Source: Gemmatimonadota bacterium
Lineage (GTDB): Bacteria; Latescibacterota; UBA2968; UBA8231
NCBI GenBank assembly: GCA_038153405.1
Contig: JAYOYH010000012.1
Span: 32,001-96,000, forward strand
Length of the DNA stretch: 64,000 nucleotides
Reading direction: 5' to 3'
The notes beneath the pieces were generated by a model, which had not been told where the DNA came from, made no database searches, and worked only from the letters and a program-made list of their open reading frames with translations. Numbering within the stretch: the stretch's first letter is position 1; each line of letters starts with the position of its first letter. Shown piece after piece: positions 58,346-64,000 of this stretch. The position numbers and the translations under genes were made by a program.

Positions 58346-59398
58346 TCACAGACCTTCCTGCACGTCCTTTTTGCGCACTTTCCAGATAAAGGCGTCGTAG
58401 TAGTAGTGAATGAGGGCAAACGAACTGAGCAGCGAATAGCTGAACAGGTCGAAGTTGGTGTTAAATCCGACGATGCCGAAGCCGAAATCGCGCACGTGCC
58501 CCTCGCTCAAGGCGTGGAACACCAGCGCATAGGCGGCGCACATCAGCAGAAAGGCCTTTACGTTGCCCGGCTTGGCCAAATAGTTGATGATCGTCGAATC
58601 GGCCACGCCGCGCTCGACCTTGTGCCGGTTGTAGTAGTAGACCATGACGATATACTGGACGCCGTGCATAATGCGATGGGCCACGGCGTAGACGAGCAGG
58701 TACTCCGTCGTAAAGCTGGTGAAATACCAGAGAAAGTAGCTGACGCCGAGAAAGGCGTATTTGAGCGGATTGAGCGCGTAGCCTTGGCGCAGGGTCCAGG
58801 CGATATGACCCAGCCAAACAAGGCCGTAAACGATGGTAATGGCCCAGGATATTTGGTGCACGGTCTGCACGCCGGCCGCGCCTATCGGCACGTGCCATTC
58901 GTGCAGCATGCGCACCCACAGGGTCGAAAACAGCGGCGACACCACCAGCATATTGACGAAAAATATCCAAGAAAAGCCCAAGTCGAACTTTGCCGTGGAT
59001 GGCGCACCGGTTTTGGCCTTGAAGTCATAGACTCGCGCAAAGCCATACTGCTGCATGAGACTGTGTTGATGGTCCCACAGCGTAACGATGAGGACCAGGC
59101 TGAGCGGCGCGTAGTGCAGCAGCACATAGCAGAAGCCGATCAACAGCACCGGCCCCCAGATAAAGCGCTCCTTAAAACGGGTAAACTCGCTAGGCGAACC
59201 GTAGACGCGCAGCCAAGTCACAAAGTGATGCGGCACCGTGACCCACAGCGCAATGGCCGCCAGCGCCGCGCCGGGCAGGTACTGTCCAGAAATAAAGGCA
59301 AACGCCAGCGCCGCCAGCGGCAGCCCGAGAAACCACACGCAGTCCTGGCGGCGATCGACGATATAACCAGAGCGAAATAAATTCACGGGCTGTGACAT
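58346..59398 (-). CDS. Polytopic membrane protein with His-rich motifs, function unknown
   Basis: About eight hydrophobic segments. Motifs PHHFVT, WDHQH...QYG, HRIMHGVQY and HYYYDAFIW. GGAG RBS. Confidence 0.75.
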   Translation of the reverse strand: MSQPVNLFRSGYIVDRRQDCVWFLGLPLAALAFAFISGQYLPGAALAAIALWVTVPHHFVTWLRVYGSPSEFTRFKERFIWGPVLLIGFCYVLLHYAPLSLVLIVTLWDHQHSLMQQYGFARVYDFKAKTGAPSTAKFDLGFSWIFFVNMLVVSPLFSTLWVRMLHEWHVPIGAAGVQTVHQISWAITIVYGLVWLGHIAWTLRQGYALNPLKYAFLGVSYFLWYFTSFTTEYLLVYAVAHRIMHGVQYIVMVYYYNRHKVERGVADSTIINYLAKPGNVKAFLLMCAAYALVFHALSEGHVRDFGFGIVGFNTNFDLFSYSLLSSFALIHYYYDAFIWKVRKKDVQEGL

Positions 59399-59432
59399 AA
59401 ACTCATATCTCCAAGAAGGGCGTAGCCACTGC

Positions 59433-61061
59433 TCAAGAGGGCTGCTGCGATAGCCGCTGCAGTTGCTCTTGGTTTACTGAGATTTCCACGGCGCGCCGCT
59501 TGCGCAGCTCCTCGGCAAACTCCTTGAGGATCTTCTGCGACTGGTCTTCTCGCCAATCGGCCTCGACCTGCTCGCGCACTTCTTCCAGGGGTGGATAGTG
59601 CGCTGCGCGCCGCGCCGTAATCCGCACCACGATGTAGCCATTATCGGTGGCAAAGGGTCCGTGCACCGTGCCCTCGTCTGCGCGCAGCGCGCGGCTAACG
59701 GGGTTGTCGCCCTGCCAGGCGCCGCTTCCGTAGATCAGGTGCACAAAGCGATCATCGGCGATCGACTCGCCGGCGCGCAGGCGCTCGACGATGCGTCGTC
59801 CCTCTTCTACATCATCGGTTAGCAATCGATCTACTTCGACCTTTTCCGGCACTTCATAGCGCACCTTTTGCTCCTCAAAAAACAGGCGTAGCGCATTGAC
59901 ATTGGGCTCGGGTGCCTGCGCGAGCAGCTGCTCCTTAAGGCGGCGCACTACGTATTGACGACGCGCCGTTTCAGCCCCGGCGGCGACTTCTGGATCGTTA
60001 ACCAGATCCAGCCGTACTACTTCGAGCGAAGCCAGCACCTGCCGGGCAAATTCGCGCCGCAGCGCCAGCGCAAATGCCGCGGTATCGATCGCCGCGATAC
60101 CGCGCATCATTTCCACGGCGCGCTCCAATGACAGCGAGCCGCCCTCGTAGGATACGACCTCCACTGCAGGATTGGCTGGTGCTGTATTGTCGCCCAGCGC
60201 TTTCAGCAGAGCCGCGACACCGCCTTCGCTATAGCGCACGCTGTAGCGCGCGTGCAGCGAATCGTAATAGGCCAATAGCTGGTGACCTACACCTTCGCGC
60301 GTCACCAGTTTTTCCACCGTTTCACGCTCTTGCTCAAAGCTAACTGGGTGCACGTCCGTGAGCTTGATAATGAAGTATCCATCGGCTACCTTGAGCGGTC
60401 CGGCCAGCTGACCCACCTGCATATCAAATGCCTTTTCGGTGAGCGCTGCATAGGCCGGCATGGTCTCTCCCCAGCGATGGTAGCCCATATCGGCATTGCG
60501 CTCGAGAATGCGCGGGTCCTGCGAGTGGCGCTGCGAAAGCTCTTCGAAATCGGCGCCCTGACGCAGCTGAGATAGCAGCGGCGCGACGGCCGTAGAATCG
60601 CGCACCATCAGCAGGCTAAAGCGCACCTTGCGACTGTAGGGACTGCGGGCAAAATAGGCGCGCAGCGAATCTTCGGAGGGCGTGCGCGGACCGACGCCAA
60701 CGCGCGCATAGAGCAGTCGCTGCAGCAGGCCAATGCGCTCGCGCTCGACGGCAGTCTGAACCTGTGGACTCCGATGCAGACCACGCGCCTCGGCTTCCTG
60801 TACCAGCAGCTCTTCTTCGATGAGGGCATCGACGTAGCGACTCGGCTCCATCTCATCGCGCATGGGCTCGGGTATGCGCTGCAAATAGCGCTGATAGCGC
60901 GCCGTCCCTATTTCGACGGAGCCGACTTTGGCGAGCGCCGTGCTTTTCGCTTCGGTGACGAGCTCTTTCTCGTCCGCTATGTCCGGCCCGCCGCAGGCGG
61001 CCAGCACCGATGCGGCCGTCGCCCATAGCGCACTTCTAATGATCGTGCTGCGCGTGATCAA
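59433..61061 (-). CDS. PpiC/parvulin-type peptidyl-prolyl isomerase / chaperone lipoprotein (PrsA/SurA-like, duplicated architecture)
   Basis: Lipobox LAAC, GADFEELSQRHSQD...DMGY, GPLKVADGYFIIKL and second GPFATDNGYIVVRI. Confidence 0.8.
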   Translation of the reverse strand: MITRSTIIRSALWATAASVLAACGGPDIADEKELVTEAKSTALAKVGSVEIGTARYQRYLQRIPEPMRDEMEPSRYVDALIEEELLVQEAEARGLHRSPQVQTAVERERIGLLQRLLYARVGVGPRTPSEDSLRAYFARSPYSRKVRFSLLMVRDSTAVAPLLSQLRQGADFEELSQRHSQDPRILERNADMGYHRWGETMPAYAALTEKAFDMQVGQLAGPLKVADGYFIIKLTDVHPVSFEQERETVEKLVTREGVGHQLLAYYDSLHARYSVRYSEGGVAALLKALGDNTAPANPAVEVVSYEGGSLSLERAVEMMRGIAAIDTAAFALALRREFARQVLASLEVVRLDLVNDPEVAAGAETARRQYVVRRLKEQLLAQAPEPNVNALRLFFEEQKVRYEVPEKVEVDRLLTDDVEEGRRIVERLRAGESIADDRFVHLIYGSGAWQGDNPVSRALRADEGTVHGPFATDNGYIVVRITARRAAHYPPLEEVREQVEADWREDQSQKILKEFAEELRKRRAVEISVNQEQLQRLSQQPS

Positions 61062-62433
61062 CCAGCCCCTCCTGCTTTTCCTTTAGTATCTGTAATTGGC
61101 GCTTGCTGTCCTCCACACGCCCTGTCTTCAGGTAGGAAACGGCCAATTTCTGGCGCGCATCCAAAAAATCGCCATCGCCCTCTACTGCGCGCTCCAACAC
61201 CTCGGCCGCCTGCGCAAAATCGCCGTCGCGCGCATGGAGCAAACCCATGTAGTAGTTGGCGTAGACATCGTCGGGTTTGCGCTTGAGCGCTTCGACAAAG
61301 TGCGTGCGCGCTTCGGCAAATCGCTGCGCGCGCAGGTGCGCCTGCCCCATGTTGTAATAGGCCTCAGCGTATTCGGGATCTATGGCCAGCGCCCTCTCAT
61401 AGGCTGCAATCGCCTCGGCATACTGGCCCAGGCGCAGCTGCATATTGCCCAAGTTATTCTGGTAACTCAGGCTGTCGGGCGCGAGGCGCGTGGCAAGCGT
61501 GTAGGCCTCGGCTGCTTCGGCATAGCGCCCTTGGCGCGCGTAGAGCAGGCCGAGCATAGCGCGCGCTTCGTGGTCATCGGGGTCGTTGCCCAGCATGCGC
61601 AACTGGTCTTCAATCTTGTCCAGCTGCGCATCGAGAGCGCTAAACTGGTCGAGCACCTGGCGACTCTCCTCGCCGCGGCCGAGGCGGCGCAGCGCATTGG
61701 CCAGCACGAAGTACGCCTCTTTTTCTAGCGGCGCCAGCGCAATGCTGCGCCGGCTGGCGCGCTCGGCCGCTTCGTAGTCGCGCAGCTTGACGTCGACCTG
61801 CGCCAGATCGACGTAGGTGGCCGCATCGGTGCTGTCCAATGCAATGGACTGCTCGAGCGACGCGCGCGCCTCGGCAAACTGCAGCTCTTTGGCATGCATG
61901 CGACCGAGCAGGCGATAAAAAGAGGCGTTGCCGGGATCGCGTCGCTGTCCTTCGGCCACCAGTTCGCGCACGCGCTCGTATTCTCCGCGCAGAAAGTGGA
62001 TATAGCCCAGATCGTAGTAGGTCGTTATATGACCTGGATCGAGGCGCAAAACCGTCTCGTGCTCTACAATGGCCTGCGCATAGTTGAGCTGGCGCACGTA
62101 CATCGCCGCCAGATTGTGCCGCGCCGACACGTGCGCAGAGTCGAGCCCCAGCACGCGCACATAGGACTCTATCGCCTCCGGGTAGTTGAGCTGGCGAGCA
62201 TAGGCATTGGCCAAGTTGTAGTGCACCTTAACGTAATTGGGCGCCAGCTGCCGAGCCTCTTTGTAGGCATCGATCGCCTCGGTGTGCCGACCCTGTGCGG
62301 CCAGTGCCACGCCGCGATCAAAGTGCAGCTCAGCGTCGATGATCGATCCCGGAACGGCCGTCTCAACGGTCGTTTGCGGCGACGGCTGATCGGCACAGGC
62401 CAGCAGTAGAGCGCAGAGGAAGAGCGCTTTCAC
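61036..62433 (-). CDS. TPR repeat lipoprotein
   Basis: Lipobox LLAC and about eleven canonical TPRs (HYNLANAY, YQNNLGNM, AYYNMGQ). Confidence 0.88.
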   Translation of the reverse strand: MKALFLCALLLACADQPSPQTTVETAVPGSIIDAELHFDRGVALAAQGRHTEAIDAYKEARQLAPNYVKVHYNLANAYARQLNYPEAIESYVRVLGLDSAHVSARHNLAAMYVRQLNYAQAIVEHETVLRLDPGHITTYYDLGYIHFLRGEYERVRELVAEGQRRDPGNASFYRLLGRMHAKELQFAEARASLEQSIALDSTDAATYVDLAQVDVKLRDYEAAERASRRSIALAPLEKEAYFVLANALRRLGRGEESRQVLDQFSALDAQLDKIEDQLRMLGNDPDDHEARAMLGLLYARQGRYAEAAEAYTLATRLAPDSLSYQNNLGNMQLRLGQYAEAIAAYERALAIDPEYAEAYYNMGQAHLRAQRFAEARTHFVEALKRKPDDVYANYYMGLLHARDGDFAQAAEVLERAVEGDGDFLDARQKLAVSYLKTGRVEDSKRQLQILKEKQEGLVDHAQHDH

Positions 62434-64000
62434 AGCCCGCTTCCTTCGCGCAAAATTAGCGTGCGATCCGCTGCCACATCGACCACTTCATCGACGCGAC
62501 CCGAGGGCCAGTAGACGACAATCTTGTCGACGCGCTGGGCCGAACCCAACCCGACGTGCAGGCGTATATCGCTCTGTGAGAGAAAGCTCGCTCCCGACCG
62601 GACCTCGTCCGTTTGAATCGAGCCACCGGCATGCACCTCGACGCGCGCGCCCAGCGCCGCGCGATTGCTCTGTGCGCCGCGCAGCTGCAGATGCAACCAG
62701 TGCGCACCGATAGCACTATCGTTGCGCATGAGCGTAGGACCATCGCCGACATTGGCCACCAGCACGTCGATATCGCCGTCTTCATCGTAGTCGCCAAAGG
62801 CCGCACCGCGGCTAACTTTGCGCACTGCCAGCGCATCTTCCTCACTCGTCGGCTGCAACTCCTCGAAGCGCCCAGCACCGACGTTGGCAAAGAGCTGGTT
62901 GCGCTGAGCAAAGGTGGTGTTTTCGTAGGATTCCACGTCGCTTTCAAGGTGGCCATTGGCAATAAATACGTCGCGGTCGCCGTCGTTGTCGTAGTCAAAA
63001 AAGCGCGTTCCCCACGACAGATAGGGAATGCTGCCCTTGCCCAGTCCAGCCAGGAATGTTTCGTCGACAAAGGTGCCATCGCCCAAGTTCTTGTAGAGCG
63101 TATTGGTCTCCCACTGGAAGTTGGTCACGAAGAGATCGGGATAGCCATCGTTATCGTAATCGCCCATATCGACGCCCATGCCCGCCTCGACATCGCCGTC
63201 TTCGTTATAAGCCGTGCCGGCCAGTAGGCCCACCTCCTCGAACAGTCCGCGACCGTCGTTGAGAAAGAGAAAGTTAAGCGTCTTGTCGTTGGCCAAGTAC
63301 AGATCGGAATCGCCGTCCAGGTCGACATCGCCGAATACCACGCCCAGTTCCTTGCCGTCGTCGCTGTACAAGCCGGCCTGTCGAGTGACGTCGGCGAAGG
63401 TGCCATCGCCGCCGTTCTTGTAGAGCACGTCGGATACCCCGTCAAAGGCCTCGGGACCACAGTAGAGCTGCAGACCGCTGCCGCCCTCGGCGCACACGCG
63501 GTGGTTGTCGTAGGAAAAGTCGTGGTAGTTGGCTACGTAGAGATCGACGTAGCCGTCGCGATCGACGTCGGAAAAGGCGCAGCTCGTCGCCCAGCGCTCG
63601 TCGCCGACCCCAGCGGCCTTCGTCACATCGACAAACGAGCCGTTGCCCTCATTGCGATAGAGCGCATTGGCGCCAAAATTGCCCAGGTACAGGTCGAGAT
63701 CGCCGTCGTTGTCGTAATCGCCCACGGCCATGCCCATGCCATAGCCCTCGTCGCCAACTCCAGCCGCCTCCGTCACGTCGACAAATGCGCCGCTGCCCGC
63801 ATTGCGGTAAAGCGCGTTGCGCGGTGGCGTATCGAAGTGCACACCCGGCGTCGCCGCGCCGTTGATCAGGTAGATATCTAGCGATCCGTCGCCATCGTAG
63901 TCGAAAAAGCCGGCACCTGCTCCCACTGTTTCGATGACGAATTTTTTGCCACTCGCTCCGTTGACGTGGCGAAACTCAATGCCCGCCGACGCCGTCACAT
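62430..64000 (-). CDS. CRTAC1 family protein (FG-GAP + ASPIC/UnbV), 5' end outside the window
   Basis: Repeated DYDxDGxxD motifs and SNRAALGARVEV...LSQSDIRLHVGLG...YWPSG. The frame is open to the window edge. Confidence 0.88.
   Translation of the reverse strand, partial: VTASAGIEFRHVNGASGKKFVIETVGAGAGFFDYDGDGSLDIYLINGAATPGVHFDTPPRNALYRNAGSGAFVDVTEAAGVGDEGYGMGMAVGDYDNDGDLDLYLGNFGANALYRNEGNGSFVDVTKAAGVGDERWATSCAFSDVDRDGYVDLYVANYHDFSYDNHRVCAEGGSGLQLYCGPEAFDGVSDVLYKNGGDGTFADVTRQAGLYSDDGKELGVVFGDVDLDGDSDLYLANDKTLNFLFLNDGRGLFEEVGLLAGTAYNEDGDVEAGMGVDMGDYDNDGYPDLFVTNFQWETNTLYKNLGDGTFVDETFLAGLGKGSIPYLSWGTRFFDYDNDGDRDVFIANGHLESDVESYENTTFAQRNQLFANVGAGRFEELQPTSEEDALAVRKVSRGAAFGDYDEDGDIDVLVANVGDGPTLMRNDSAIGAHWLHLQLRGAQSNRAALGARVEVHAGGSIQTDEVRSGASFLSQSDIRLHVGLGSAQRVDKIVVYWPSGRVDEVVDVAADRTLILREGSGL

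Noticed and set aside
58331..59380. 349-aa plus-strand ORF mirroring the His-rich membrane gene
   Set aside because: Antisense shadow. The minus-strand ORF has an RBS, operon context and coherent TM pattern.
49900..63920. Recurring TCGCCGTCG...TAGTCG nucleotide motifs that could suggest CRISPR or tandem repeats
   Set aside because: They encode the DxDxDG repeats of FG-GAP domains, are degenerate and irregularly spaced, and no cas genes are present.
49593..64000. Enediyne biosynthetic cluster suggested by UnbV domains
   Set aside because: No polyketide synthase, thioesterase or other enediyne core genes are in the window, and ASPIC/UnbV proteins are common outside such clusters.

Overview
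GC-rich (roughly 60-65% by eye), gene-dense bacterial chromosome segment with about 48 CDS. I found no rRNA, tRNA, CRISPR array, integrase or transposase. The gene content (FlgD/CTD-tailed secreted proteins, several CRTAC1/ASPIC-UnbV proteins, TPR lipoproteins, sulfatase, phytanoyl-CoA dioxygenase, enolase-superfamily enzymes) suggests a diderm of the FCB/PVC neighbourhood such as Latescibacterota. That assignment is inference only. Layout: (1) 142-7303, a translationally coupled three-gene envelope operon in which two paralogous secreted proteins with discoidin-like domains and FTPN(G/D)DG(V/I)ND C-terminal domains flank a 914-aa probable outer-membrane beta-barrel with Ca-binding-like repeats. 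(2) 7.5-22 kb, metabolic genes (class I fumarase, old yellow enzyme, moeA, Ldh_2 oxidoreductase, tandem RhaM-like protein, SDR, VOC, Nudix, acs, glycogen debranching enzyme, PhyH, MFS). (3) 22-33 kb, a hydrolase cluster (metallophosphoesterase, Eis-like GNAT, MlrC, esterase, two D-aminoacylase-like enzymes, a binding protein, a deleted enolase-family pseudogene). (4) 33-40 kb, two GT-C-type membrane glycosyltransferase-TPR fusions, an SGNH protein and a sulfatase. (5) 40.5-49.5 kb, a family-5 ABC importer with three paralogous binding proteins in the window and an Asp-type murA. (6) 49.6-64 kb, two co-oriented operons of CRTAC1-like beta-propellers, TPR lipoproteins, a PpiC lipoprotein, a non-catalytic FGE-fold protein and a His-rich membrane protein. 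The best candidates for an undescribed system are the CTD/beta-barrel triad and the CRTAC1/TPR envelope cluster. All family calls come from motif recognition by eye, with no database search.
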